Shown in pieces: positions 12,699 through 24,478 of a stretch of 64,000 nucleotides of DNA; positions within the stretch are counted from its first letter, which is position 1; the number at the start of each line of letters is the position of its first letter. A model generated the notes under the pieces. It saw only the letters and a list, made by a program, of their open reading frames with translations. It searched no databases and had not been told where the DNA came from. This DNA comes from Folioceros fuciformis (taxonomy: Eukaryota). The stretch lies in the NCBI GenBank assembly GCA_049999805.1, contig JBNGIO010006161.1, positions 62,001 through 126,000 of the forward strand, read 5' to 3'. The translations under genes and the position numbers were made by a program.

Positions 12699-13858
12699 AT
12701 GGTGAAGAATACCGCCTCAGGTGAGGGACCCTGTCCATTGACAATCCGAATGGTAGTCTAGTCGTGGTAGGGTTTAGGGTTTAGGTTTTACGGTGTCCTG
12801 ATGAACGGGATGCTGTGACACAATGTTGGCAGGCGAGTCTGAAGATGGTCCGCCGCTTGTGGTGTTTGACGGAGGTAGCCGTTCTCGTCCACGATCGAAC
12901 GCCAAGGAATGGCGCCTCTTCATGGTAAGCCTGCCGCGACTGCATTTGCTGTACTTTGGAGAACAACGCATTCGGAGTGTTGTGACATCGAGTCCTGTTC
13001 GTGATGGAAGCAGTCGTCGAAGGCGTCCGATGTTCATAGAGATGCAGCCAAAGAGAGTATAGATAGCAGGAGGGACGATGATGAGGAATCACGGATCAAG
13101 GACATCTTGAAAGAAGTCGAGGAACTAGGTGAGAAGTTTGGAATTTATTGTGTGCGTTGCCTAGGGCCTAACCTGTGTTATGGAAGAGTGCTCACAGTAT
13201 CGCGCTTTTGTCTGCCTTGCGCACGGCAGGGACCTCGCAGATGAGTTGGGAAGAACGCAAGGCCTGGGAAACGCGCAAGCTAATTATTTCAGGCGGTAAC
13301 GTAAGCTCGAGTTCTCATGCATGGCAAGGAAGGTCTGTTTGTTAGATCGTGTTTTGCTCTGTGCATGTGTGATGACGAGAGTGGCCTATTTGCAGCTACC
13401 TAAAGGCCACAAGATGCCTATTGAGATGGGGTTGAACATCACGAGGAAGAGGCAAAAGCTGGAGGAAGATCAGGTGAGCATCACAGCAAGTATCTGCTTT
13501 TTCTCCTTGTTTCGTGCTCTCGCATGATTTTTTTTCGTTGAACCCCGCATTGCCTGCTTTTCAGCTTCAGGCCTTGGGCATGCAACCGCGGAAGAAACAG
13601 AAGAAAGATGAGAAGAAGCATCGCCGACCTGAAGACAGGGGGCTTCGAGTGTCTGATGGCAAATATAAAAATGGTGTCTTATATGTCAGGCCGCCTTTCG
13701 AGAAGCGGAAGGAGGAAGATTTCCGTGGAGGCAAGGTCCATGACGCCTCTTTCAGCAACGAAGGTGGCATCAAAGGGAAAGCTTCCGGCAAGAAGAGCAG
13801 CAAAGGCAAAGGCAAAGGCAATGGCAAAGGAAAGAAAGGCAAAAAGAGAAGAAGATGA
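12699..13858 (+). CDS. FAF1/C1orf131 (DUF4602)-like small-subunit processome assembly factor, 6 exons
   Basis: Manual splicing gives MVKNTASGESEDGPPLVVFDG...EWRLFMSSK...PKGHKMPIEMG...GLRVSDGKYKNGVLYV plus a Lys-rich tail. The FMSSK, KMP and GKxxxGVL motifs recall the Faf1 family. Confidence 0.6.
12767..12789. promoter_or_regulatory. Telobox-like repeats (TAGGGTTT x2-3) in the first intron of the FAF1-like gene
   Basis: gtagggtttagggtttaggttt. Teloboxes are established elements of plant ribosome-biogenesis and translation genes. Confidence 0.45.
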
Positions 13859-14186
13859 CCGACTTGCCTTTCATACTATTTATAACTCAGACAAATTGGT
13901 TTCCATACAAATTGGTTATTTTTTTATTGAAAAAGAGAGGGAAAGCCCCAAACCGGGCCTGGGCCATAGGCCAAAAGGAGGTCACCTAGCCCCTTCAAAC
14001 TGGTTGCCGTGAATGAGCTAGACTAGTTGCTGTAAATGACATAGACTCGCTACTGTATATGACCTAGACTAGGTCAAAATGTTTTCTCCTACCATTCCTA
14101 AAAGTAAATACGTGGCTAAACTGGATTTTCTTTCAATCGTTTCACGGTCTGAACTGAAAACCAAAGTTTGTCGTCGCGCTCGCGCT

Positions 14187-15115
14187 ATGGGGTCCATGAT
14201 GCGGTTCCAGCGATGGCTGCCGGTGCTGCTGCTGCTGGCGGTGCCAGCTTGTTGGAGTCTGAGCTTAACCGTGGTGAAGGAGGAATGCGTGTCGGAGGAA
14301 GTGCGGTATGCAGGGGACTCTGTTTCTGGCAACTTCGTGGTGGAAGACTATGAGCTGTTCTGGGGTACTGATCACCCTGGCATCGATCTCACGGTACTAC
14401 GAACTCGCCTTGGCTGCACTCTGCAATTCAGATCGGAATTTTGGTTTTCCTATCGTGCTCGCGTGCCTGATCGGGAGGGATTTGCAGGTGATTTCAGAGC
14501 AAGGTGAGCACATCTACGAGGCCAAGGGCAAAGAAGAGCACGAGTTCCACTTTACAGCTCACAAGGCTGGGATATACAAGTTCTGCTTCAAAAATCCGTC
14601 TGCTGTACCGGAGTACATAACCTTCTACATCCATGTCGGTCATGTGCCCCACCGGGGGGAGGTGGCCGAGGATGGTGAGTGTCCCGGTAACATTCTTTTG
14701 TCCGGCGTCTTCCTCTCGAAGATGGTGGATCTTTGACGCAAGTTCTTGCTGGTGGCTGCTGTTGCAACAGAGCACTTCAATGTGGTTGACGAGAGAATCG
14801 CCGAATTGCGGGAAGCTTTGGAAGAAATCTACGCCGAACAGAAGTACTTAGGGTTGAGAAATACTCGGCATCATAAGAGTGAGTCCCTTGCTCTATCATA
14901 GTCTCTTATGCTGCATGAGTCCCCCCTGTTCCGTCCTTTGTTCGTTTCTCACGGATTTCTTATGTGTGTTTGCTCACTCAGCCAATCAAAGCACGAAGAA
15001 GAGGCTGCTGTTCTACACGTTGACGGAGTATCTAGTGTTAGTATTAGCTAGCACTATTCAAGTTTACCTCATAAGACGACGATTTAGCAGACAGATTGGC
15101 TACAACAAGTTTTGA
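14187..15115 (+). CDS. p24/emp24/gp25L (GOLD) family protein, p24beta-like, 4 exons
   Basis: Signal peptide, EECVSEEVRYAGDSVSGNFVV, GIYKFCFKNP, TM segment and short tail ending QIGYNKF. Confidence 0.92.
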
Positions 15116-15467
15116 AGATCAGCAGGACCGGCATTTCCAATATGAATAGACTATGCTTTCATAGCACTTGAATAAGTGAGCAAAGATACTGTGATCAAGG
15201 AATCTGGATGACAAGGCTGCGGTGGTTATTCATGGAATTGGCTCTGACACTAATCTGTCGTTTAAGCCCAATCACAAAAGGGGTTATGGTTCTTTTTCTT
15301 GTGGCTGTGGTTTTCCCTCCGGCATCGCGGGCACTGGGCTGTCGGTCACAAACGTGATGTGGCAAACGCAGCTGGATGTCAAGCCGCACCTGGTCATTGC
15401 GGAGCGACAAGCCTCTTCAGAAATGCTACCAGAGTCGCTGCTGAGAGCTGGAAGAACTTAAGGTGTG

Positions 15468-16271
15468 ATGGCTTCGCAAAGCGCGGCTTTGTGCCGTAGT
15501 CCTGCATTCTCGCCTGCGAGGCCCTCGACTCGGACAGAATGCTTGTGGTTGTCGACCAAGCGCGGAAGGCAGAAGCTGAGGGGACAATTGCAGGGGTTCT
15601 TGGTATTAGGAAGGGAGAGCATTCCCCACCATGCCGCAGGATCTGCGAGGTTTCGGAGTCACCTTCCTGTCCGGGCACAGCAGGTGGAGTTCAAGGCTAG
15701 AAGAGCTGTCACTATATCTTGCCAAGAAGGAGTCCTGCCGCCGGAGGAGTATCTCAAGGAAGTGGAGCGGGTGGTGAAGATCACCTTTCCGGACTCATCC
15801 CGTATGAAGTACATGGGACACAACCTCTACCGAGTGCAGATTTTACCCATCACTTTCTTCAGCCTGACAGCCACACCCCTCTGTGACATCAAGGTATACT
15901 ACGAAGATCCCAGCGTGCGCATCTATTCCGACAAGCTGGTGCTGGAGGGTTCCTCGTTGATAAGGGACATGAAGAAGCTCGATTTCAGGTTCAATCTCAA
16001 GGGAGACCTGAAAGCAGTGAGGGAAAAGGGAAGCAGGGCCGACAAGACAGGCTTCTCGGGTGCGGTGTCCTTGCAATTGGGGTTGGACTTGCCTCTCCCC
16101 TTTTCTCTTATGCCGGAGCCGCTGGTCACTTCCGTTGGAGATGACCTCTTGGACCGGATATTGGCCGTCTTGGAATCGCAGCTGCTCAGAGGCATTTCCA
16201 GGGACTACATGGCTTGGTGCAAGCAGCAAGCGGTTGCAAGTCAGAGAATGCTGCCACGGGAGAGCCGATGA
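15468..16271 (+). CDS. DUF1997-like protein, probably plastid-targeted
   Basis: Intronless ORF with a Ser/Arg-rich transit-like N-terminus, EYLKEVERVV..FPDS, LPLPFSLMPEPLVTSVGDDLLDRIL and DYMAW. Confidence 0.7.
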   Translation: MASQSAALCRSPAFSPARPSTRTECLWLSTKRGRQKLRGQLQGFLVLGRESIPHHAAGSARFRSHLPVRAQQVEFKARRAVTISCQEGVLPPEEYLKEVERVVKITFPDSSRMKYMGHNLYRVQILPITFFSLTATPLCDIKVYYEDPSVRIYSDKLVLEGSSLIRDMKKLDFRFNLKGDLKAVREKGSRADKTGFSGAVSLQLGLDLPLPFSLMPEPLVTSVGDDLLDRILAVLESQLLRGISRDYMAWCKQQAVASQRMLPRESR

Positions 16272-17414
16272 CCACCTCGGTCTACCGGTAGTGCAATTGA
16301 GGACGTCTCGTACTATGTTCGGCAGGCAGGAATAACTTGCCGTGAATTGGCTCTGTGAGCAAGGCAAGACCCGAGCCCGTCGCAGATGTGGTGGCGGTAT
16401 ATCACTTCCGCCATCTCCAACTGTGTGTGATTCTTTGCAGGTAGTCGTGTGAGGTTGAACGGGCTTTCGTTTCTGGTCTGAAAGAAGTGTCGAGCTTGGC
16501 GGCCATTCGCGCCGTGACTGAGAAGGCTCTCATTCGACACTCCAGTAGACCCCTAGGCTGAGAGCAACCTCTCCTCCACACTGACGTCCATGCTATTCCG
16601 CCTCCACCAGGTTACACCAAGTGCTCCGAGGAGGACCTCATCCAGGATTGTGGACCACGGGAGAACGCCACTTCCTGGAGGAGTCACCATAGTGTCTTTT
16701 TATTCAAGTGAATCGGAGTCTACTCTGAAATGAGTCGGATTTGGTTACGAGTAGACAGTGGCACAAGCGCGGCTATGGCGTATCGAATGGGGGATAGAAA
16801 ATCTTTGTACACCTCTGCGATGTTCTCTATGTTATGCAGTCCTCGCAATCTTCTCTTGTCTCCTCCACGTACCAACGCATGCGATGGTATCCGCAGGGCC
16901 CCTAATCTTTTCTCGCACCATAGCAAACGCGGTTTAGTATGGATTCTGATCGTCCTTTCCTGAGATGCAGTGGCGGCGGTTCCCATGCCAAGCGTACATG
17001 GCTATGTTGATCGTTTTCTCTACTTTTTTTTCCTTTTTTTATAGTCATTGAAATGATATTAATCATTTTATTTTACTATTCTATTAGTAAAAATAGTTAT
17101 AAAAGAAAAGACAAAAACATCTATTTAATATTATAAAATCTCGGAATTGATATATATATCGAAAAAAGAATAGAAGATTTTCATCTAGTTTAAAGATGAG
17201 AAGGAAGCATCCAAAAGAGGACTCAAGCTCAAAAAGGGACTGGTCCCTTTTGAGCTTTGTGGTCAAGAATGTGAAAGGGCCTACTTGCTACTGGAATCAA
17301 CAAAGCGATGTACTTCATACACACTGATCAATTACAACACATTGAGGAGAGTACAAGAGAGTTTATGCAAAGAGTTTACAAGAAGCAGGAAGCAAATGCT
17401 TCACTTTCATAAGC

Positions 17415-17490
17415 TTAGGGCTTAAGGTTTAGGTTTAGGGTTTAAGGTTTAGGTTTAGGGTTTGGGGTTAAGGTAAACCCTAAACCCTTA
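17415..17490. repeat. Degenerate interstitial telomeric repeat that switches orientation (TTTAGGG-type, then AAACCCT x2)
   Basis: ttagggcttaaggtttaggtttagggtttaaggtttaggtttagggtttggggttaaggtaaaccctaaaccctta. Confidence 0.8.
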
Positions 17491-17544
17491 CAACTACAAC
17501 ACTCTCATGCAATGAGTATGAACTACAACACTGTCATGCAATGA
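17491..17544. repeat. ~30-bp direct duplication
   Basis: aactacaacactctcatgcaatga and aactacaacactgtcatgcaatga, directly after the telomeric tract. Confidence 0.7.
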
Positions 17545-18530
17545 TAATGTTGTATATAATATGTGTGTGGTATAAATAATTATTAACTAATAAACCATGT
17601 ATAGGTGATTAATAAGATATGTACAATTAAGTCATGTGAAGGTGATTAAGGTATAAGGTATGATTAGATGATTAAGATATGAATAATTATTATCTAATAA
17701 ATTAGGTCTAAGTACAATGTATAACAGCATAACATTCATAATCCTATAACATGTATTTTTTATTTTTTATGATCTTTTTCTTTTGGTACATTTGGTATAA
17801 GCAACCTTTCAAGTCACTTCAACACATCAAACCATTACTATAGGCATGATGCCTATAGCAATCTGGTGGAACTGTTTTTGTCACCCTTGTGATGACAAGT
17901 TTTACATAAGAGAGCATCACTATACTTTTGGACATGATTCATATTCTTCCACATAAATAATATCTCATACATTAAAGTACAGAAAAGAATACGGTGTGTA
18001 ACGAATGAGACGTGAAGTGAAAAAGAACAACATGTTGCACATATGCTCATCCCATTTCTATTTGGCCCTATCACTTTCACTTGAGTGGTGGGTTGGCATG
18101 CGAGTGTATCGAAATTCAATGTGGACAAAGAAGAATTCAGCAATGGAAATTAAAACAATGGAAGAAGTTGCCGACTTATTGTGTCCATAGAACACGTCCA
18201 CATGGACTACACATGCAGACGTACTATTTTGTTTGGACAACCCTTATTTGTTCTGATGAAGCACTAAGTAACCATCTAATATGGAACCAATACATGAATT
18301 ATTGTCGGCACACGACACCTAGACTCAACTAATCTTGGTGATGCATCTTCTTCATCCAGAAGAATTAAATGTTGTCAGGGCCAAATGCACATTGGTCAAG
18401 CAACCATTGTGACATCTTCAAGTTCACCTGATAAACAACAATCAAAAGGCACATCTACATATGAACCCTTGTGCTTTTGAAACACCCAAGTTCAGAAATT
18501 GTCTTCAACAATCATGTTCAGATCAGTCAC

Positions 18531-18603
18531 ACAAAAATTGGAGGACAACCTTCAAACAAAGATTGGAGGACAACCTTCAAACAAAAATTGGAGGACAACC
18601 TTT
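18531..18603. repeat. Short tandem repeat x3 with ATTGGAGGACAACCTT core
   Basis: aaaattggaggacaaccttcaaacaaagattggaggacaaccttcaaacaaaaattggaggacaaccttt. Confidence 0.85.
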
Positions 18604-19576
18604 GGTCACCTTATGTCCCCAAGATAACCCATTTACAACCCTTCCCTTCAAAGATGCCCTTACCTTTAAGCTTGCCCATATCCTTCATCTGTCTCAGAGT
18701 TCCTCTTCTTCGCCTTCAAAGCTCCATATGCTGAGCTTGCCTTCCTCTTCTTCTCTAGTTCAGCTTGTCTATGCAACTTGGCTTCATCAAGTAGTTCTTT
18801 CTTCTTTTCCTTCGCCTTGTTGATTAAATCTTGCATGGATCCCGGCTTCGGTACCTCCACCTTGTCCTGGGCAATCGCTCTGATACGTGGTGCAGTTGGG
18901 CGCACTCGGATAGGACGTGGTTTACTAGGAGCTTGTTTTGGTAGCAATTCCGGAGAAATTGGTATGATTTCAACATACCCAATTAAAGGTTCCATTGTAA
19001 AAAATGACTATGTCCAATGTTGATCACGAGAGTCTAGACACTTTGATGATTCCAAGTTTTTCTTCTTCTGACAGGACAACCCTTCTATACATATATAGTG
19101 AAGGAGATACCAAGTTTTGAAGATCGAGAAACTACACCAAGTCCAAGTTTCGAAAGCCAAGGAACTAGACTTCTTGTAAGTTTCAAAGACCAAGGAGATA
19201 TGTATTGACTTCGATTCTAGGCACAATCCTTAGGCTGCCGCTTATGTGAGAGACCAATCCGTTTAAGGAATTACTGCTTAGTTAGAAAACTATAGTTTGT
19301 TAGGGAGGTAGCGTTAGTTTGAGAAACGAGAGGTTATGTGGGAAACCGGGGTCTTACTTGGGGGAGGTTTGTATCCACAGCTCTGTCCTTGGGTTGTTGT
19401 TTAAGAATCGTTTGTATTAAGAAATGTGGATGGATAAGACCTGATTGAGAAGGACGACCCTTACTCGAATCTTGGAATTTTGAGCTTTGATAAATCAGAC
19501 GATGTAGACCAGTTCGCAGTTGTAGTGACGTTGAATGTAGTCCATATTCCGGCAGGGTTGGCACCACGGGTTCATG

Positions 19577-19662
19577 CTACTATCTGCCTCAACCCCACAC
19601 AAGACTTGTATGTACCTTGGCTACCATTTGCCTCAATCCCACACAGGATTTGTTGTACCTTG
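19577..19662. repeat. ~43-bp imperfect tandem duplication upstream of a PPR gene
   Basis: gctactatctgcctcaaccccacacaagacttgtatgtaccttg / gctaccatttgcctcaatcccacacaggatttgttgtaccttg. Confidence 0.75.
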
Positions 19663-19873
19663 CGTTCTACTGGCTCGCCATGTTCGAAGATTACCAACGA
19701 GGATATGAATCGTGTATTGCCAGCAAAGATAGGCATTGCCGTGGTGAGGGAGCTGGTGGACTGTTGGCCCTATTCAGTAGCTGCCTTTGCCGGGCAGGGC
19801 CGTTGGATCTTGTTAATGACTGCGCTCGGAAAGTATTGCACTCCAGGCAGTGCTCACGGCCCTCCTGCCACCT

Positions 19874-22843
19874 ATGGCTGTTTTGAGGTCCACAGGCGTT
19901 GTTGGAAGAAAGGCAGGATATGGAGGAATCGTAACGGCCGAAATTGTGACGAAGCTATGCTGTCAGGGATATCTGGAAGAATCAGTTGAAGGTTTGGCGG
20001 TTCTGGTGCAGGCAGACTGTTGTGTTTCTAGATCTCTTGTTTCGACTGTTCTCAAGAAATGTATGGTGAAGAAGGATCTCTGTCTGGGACGTCGAGTCCA
20101 TGCCGTGACAGTGAAAACGGGGTATCAGTCCGACACGGTCCTGTGCAACCATATCCTGCGTATGTACTCGTCGCATGGCAGGTTGCAAGACGCCATGGAT
20201 GTGTTTATGTTTCTTTCCAGTCCTGACGCCTTTCTGTGGGCTGCCATTATTTCTGCTCATGTCAGACATGGGGAAAACGAACAGGCCATTCAGCTGTACC
20301 TGAGAATGAGCAGGTCAAGTGTGAGGCCGGATGGGCATGTATTTGTGGCAGCTCTTCAGGCTTGTGCGAGGAGTTCGGACTTGATAAATGGGCAGAGGGT
20401 GCATGCTGATTTGTTGGCCAGTGGGGTTGAGCCTGATTTGTTCGTCTACAATGGCTTGGTGGACATGTATGCAAAGTCCGGCAGTTTGGAAGATGCTCGA
20501 AGAGTGTTTGATGGACTGGTTGTGAAGGATGTGGTGACGTGGACTACTCTGATTGCAGGGTATTCACAAGCGGGCATGGGCCACGAAGCTCTTCGTCTTT
20601 ACAGTGCTATGCAAGAGGAAGGAATGTCGGTGCCCAATTCTGTGACATTTGTGTGCCTCCTACAGGCATGTACCAGCACGGGCACGACAGCTTTGGAGAT
20701 GGGGAGGCGCCTTCATGAGCAGATCAAGCAACGAGGACACGAGTCTGATGTTTTCGTGACAAATAGTTTGGTGAACATGTATGCAAAGTGTGGCAGCATG
20801 GGAGATGCTGAGAGAGTATTCGACCAACTATGTCAGAAGGATGTAGTCACGTGGAATGCCATGATAGGAGGGTATTCCCAGCAGGACATGGGCCAGGAAG
20901 CCCTTCGATTGTACAGTGCTATGAAAGATGGAGGCATGGTTGCACCTAATGCTGTTACATTCTTGTGTCTCCTACAGGCTTGCGCAAGCGTAGGCGAGCA
21001 AGCGTTGGAGAAAGGGAAGCAGCTTCACGCGCAAATTAGAGAGGGAGGCTATCACTCTGATGTGTTTGTAGCCAACAGCTTGGTGAACATGTATGCCAAG
21101 TGCGGGAGCTTGGAAGACGCTCAAAAAGTGTTCGACAGACTTGGTCAAAAAGATTTGGTGACATGGAATGCAATGATAGCACGGTATTCCCAGCAGGGGA
21201 TGGGGGAGGAGGCCCTTCACCTCTACAACGCCATGCAAGGAGAAGGCATGCCTGTGCCCGACTCCGTAACGTTTGTATCCCTCCTGCAGGCATGTGCAAG
21301 AGTTGGCACCGCTGCTTTGGAGACGGGAAAACAGCTTCACTCTCAAATTAGAGAACAAGGGCATCTTCAGGCTGACGTTTTTGTAGCTAGCAGTCTGGTT
21401 AACATGTATGCAAAGTGTGGCAGCTTGGAAGACTCCAAGAGAGTGTTCGACGGTCTTGGTGAAAGAGATGTGGTGACGTGGAATGCCATGATAGCTGGGT
21501 ATTCCCAGCAGGGCCTGGGCCAGGAGGCCCTTGATCTCTACAGTGCTATGCAACAGGAAGGGGTAACTGTGCCCAATTCTGTGACATTTATGTGCCTGCT
21601 GCAGGCATGTGCCAGTGTGGGGACCCCTGCGTTGGAGAAGGGGAAGGGCCTTCATGCACAAATTAGAGAGCAGGGACACCAGGGTGATCTGTTTGTAGCC
21701 AACAGCTTGGTAAACATGTATGCAAAGTGTGGCAGCTTAGAACTTGCTCACAGAGTTTTCGAAGGTCTTTGTCAAAAGGATATCGTGACTTGGAACGCCC
21801 TGATAGCTGGGTATTCCCAGCAGGGGATGGGCCAGGAAGCCCTTCGCCTTTACAGTGGCATGCAAGATGGAGGAATTGCTGTGCCCAATTTAGTTACCTT
21901 TGTTTGTCTCCTGCAGGCATGTGCAAATTTAGCAGCGTTGCATTTGGGAAGACAGCTACATGCACAGATTGTTGAGCAAGGGCTTCAAGCTGACGTGGTT
22001 GTAGGTGGCAGTTTGATAAACATGTATGGCAAGTGCGGGAGCATGCTTGATGCACAACTGGTGTTCGATGCGTTGCTTGAACGAGATGTTGTCGCTTGGA
22101 GTGCATTGATTGCCGGCTACACCAGTCAAGGAGACAGCAACGGGGTCTTTGACTTAGTGAGAAGAATGATGGAGGATGGCATACAGCCAGTGGCTGTGAC
22201 ATTGCTTAGCGTGCTAACAGTATGTAGTCATGCAGGTCTGGTGCGCAAGGGGAGAGAGTATTTCGAATCTCTGAGAAGAGGAGAGTACGGCATCACACCC
22301 ACAGCAGAGCATTACACGTGCATGGTGGATCTGCTGGGTCGTGCAGGTCGACTGGTTGAGGCGCTAGCTTTGGTGAGGACAATGCCGGAAGTGCCTAATG
22401 CTGCAGTTTGGCACACACTTCTGGGTGCTTGTCGAAAGTGGAGCAACGTGGTGGTCGGGCGCCAGGCTTTCGAACAGTTAGTGCAACTGAACAAGAAGGA
22501 CTCCTCTGCGTATGTTTTGATGTGCAACATTTACACCAATGCCCAGATGTGGGAGCAAGCACAGGAGATGCAGTGTAGGAGGATCAGATCAAGGGCATGG
22601 AAGCAGCCGGGACAGAGCTGGTGGACTGACATGAATGGACTGGTGCATAGTTTCTTGGTCGGCTGTAAGACGCACATCAAGAGTGAACCTTCAGGCAAGG
22701 CTGAGGCAGCTTCTTTCCAGTATGAAGAAAGGCGAGCGCCCTCCTGGCACTCTCACTTTCCTACTTGCGTGATGTGGAAAGGCTGCGTATTTTCTTCTCG
22801 GCACAGCGAGAAGAGCAAACTGGAATCCCACAATCGGTTTTAG
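19874..22843 (+). CDS. PLS-class PPR protein with E domain, WW-type PG box and degenerate DYW remnant; paralog of 1428-4991
   Basis: Six MY(A/G)K(C/S)GS triplets, E domain, KQPGQSWWTD and a residual HSEK near the end. First in-frame ATG is at 19874. Confidence 0.95.
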   Translation: MAVLRSTGVVGRKAGYGGIVTAEIVTKLCCQGYLEESVEGLAVLVQADCCVSRSLVSTVLKKCMVKKDLCLGRRVHAVTVKTGYQSDTVLCNHILRMYSSHGRLQDAMDVFMFLSSPDAFLWAAIISAHVRHGENEQAIQLYLRMSRSSVRPDGHVFVAALQACARSSDLINGQRVHADLLASGVEPDLFVYNGLVDMYAKSGSLEDARRVFDGLVVKDVVTWTTLIAGYSQAGMGHEALRLYSAMQEEGMSVPNSVTFVCLLQACTSTGTTALEMGRRLHEQIKQRGHESDVFVTNSLVNMYAKCGSMGDAERVFDQLCQKDVVTWNAMIGGYSQQDMGQEALRLYSAMKDGGMVAPNAVTFLCLLQACASVGEQALEKGKQLHAQIREGGYHSDVFVANSLVNMYAKCGSLEDAQKVFDRLGQKDLVTWNAMIARYSQQGMGEEALHLYNAMQGEGMPVPDSVTFVSLLQACARVGTAALETGKQLHSQIREQGHLQADVFVASSLVNMYAKCGSLEDSKRVFDGLGERDVVTWNAMIAGYSQQGLGQEALDLYSAMQQEGVTVPNSVTFMCLLQACASVGTPALEKGKGLHAQIREQGHQGDLFVANSLVNMYAKCGSLELAHRVFEGLCQKDIVTWNALIAGYSQQGMGQEALRLYSGMQDGGIAVPNLVTFVCLLQACANLAALHLGRQLHAQIVEQGLQADVVVGGSLINMYGKCGSMLDAQLVFDALLERDVVAWSALIAGYTSQGDSNGVFDLVRRMMEDGIQPVAVTLLSVLTVCSHAGLVRKGREYFESLRRGEYGITPTAEHYTCMVDLLGRAGRLVEALALVRTMPEVPNAAVWHTLLGACRKWSNVVVGRQAFEQLVQLNKKDSSAYVLMCNIYTNAQMWEQAQEMQCRRIRSRAWKQPGQSWWTDMNGLVHSFLVGCKTHIKSEPSGKAEAASFQYEERRAPSWHSHFPTCVMWKGCVFSSRHSEKSKLESHNRF

Positions 22844-23353
22844 CATTCCGTGGGTAAATGACCTCCGCGCTTGCTTTCTTGCTAGGACTTCACACGACTT
22901 TCCAGTCGTTTGAAGCAAACCAGTACATGTGCAGAATTATGTGGATAGTTTTCAGGCCCTAGTTCATTTTGGCCTAAAAAGGGTGAGGGGGTTAGAGGGT
23001 GGACAACCTTGGAGCTCGAGCCATCTCTATCTTTGGCAGAGCCAAGCCCGCCTACTTGTCCGCTGTCCACTTGTAGGCCACGTCACAGGTGCTGTTGAGG
23101 TGAGGATCTTCCCCTGCCTTGCTTTCTGCAGGCGCAGCTGTCATCCGCAGATTTGGAGAATTGACTGCGTCAGAGGCACTGCTTTCGACCACACGAATTA
23201 GAGAATGTCCGCTGGCTGAGATTGAGGAAGGCGAATGTCTGTTTGTTCCACATTGGTATCGGCTTCGCTTATCACTGCGACTCTCCCCATCGAATTTTGC
23301 AAGTTCTTGCTCTCCAAGTCGTCACACCTCGGCGAGGGTCCTGGGTGGAGAAC

Positions 23354-24364
23354 ATGGACCCTTACGTCCTGGATTTGTCCCTCGTCCCTATTTCCATACT
23401 GCTGCTTCTGCTGTATCACGGCTATTTGTACTACAAAGTGAAAACCGAGCCCTGTGTCACCAGCATCGGCCTCAATCATAATGCGAGAAGAGCTTGGGTG
23501 TACAGTATTATGCATGTAAGTCCTCAACTCCTCGTTACTCTGCATGTCCGGTGTTGCTTTAGAGGTGTTCAAGCTGAGTGTGATGCTCCGTCGTGTATAT
23601 CTGGCCTTCTGCATGCTTCCAAGGAGCGAACCTGTCCCGAGCTGGTGTTTTCGGGTTTGTAGTAGAAGTTTTGTTGCAGTCCTGTCTTCACTGTGTTCTG
23701 CATAGTCTGTTGTGTGTGCGAAGAGTTCAAGTTGGCAGCGATGCGGGGCTCCTCTCGTAATGTTTAGCTTTCTGCGTCCAGTCTGCAAACCTGTGCGGGA
23801 CTGGTTTTTTTCTGACTCGGCCGAATTGTGGCACAGGACAATCCTGGCAGGACGGTCCTCGCGGTGCAGACGTTGAGAAACAGCATTATGGTATCGACTC
23901 TCATGGCAACCGCTGCACTGCTGCTCAGCACCGGAATGGCTGCCGTCATCAGCAGTTCGTATCAAGCGAAGAAGAGTTTGGAGAGAACCATTTTCGCATC
24001 TCAGAACGATATCACGGAAACCGCAAAGTTCATCACTCTCTGCTGCTTCTTCATTTTCTCCTTCTTGTGTTACACTCAGGCTATCAGGTTCGCAAATCAC
24101 GTCAATTTCCTGATCAACATACCGCTGCCTGACGCAGCGCTTACTGGGGTAGCACCCGAGTACGTGGCTCGGGTGCTTGCTCGCTCATCTAACTTCTACA
24201 CTGTTGGCACCAGAAGCTTTGTCATAGCTCTTCCATTACTGCTTTGGCTGGTCAATCCCATTCCTGTGCTAGTTTGTGCGGTTGTCCTTGTGCCTTTCCT
24301 CTACCAGTTCGACTTTGTCACACCATTGTCCCAGGAAGGGAAGGCGGACGAGATGAGCGTTTGA
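23354..24364 (+). CDS. DUF599 family membrane protein, 2 exons
   Basis: MDPYVLDLSLVP..LLYHGYLY...RRAWVYSIMH|DNPGRTVLAVQTLRNSIMVSTLMAT...FLCYTQAIRFANHVNFLIN...FYTVGTRSF. Confidence 0.88.
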
Positions 24365-24478
24365 AGGTGAGCAAACGTTTTTGTAGACTGCGAGGATACT
24401 TCACGTTGGCTGTGAACCAGACGTGTGATGAACTGGAATTTGTATGCAGCGTTTGAAGCCTGACTTGAGGCCGCTCGG

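Noticed and set aside
16313-16986. Short ORFs downstream of the DUF1997 gene
   Set aside because: No recognisable motif or consistent exon structure.
23198-24100. 300-aa minus-strand ORF
   Set aside because: Antisense to the DUF599 gene; no recognisable domain.
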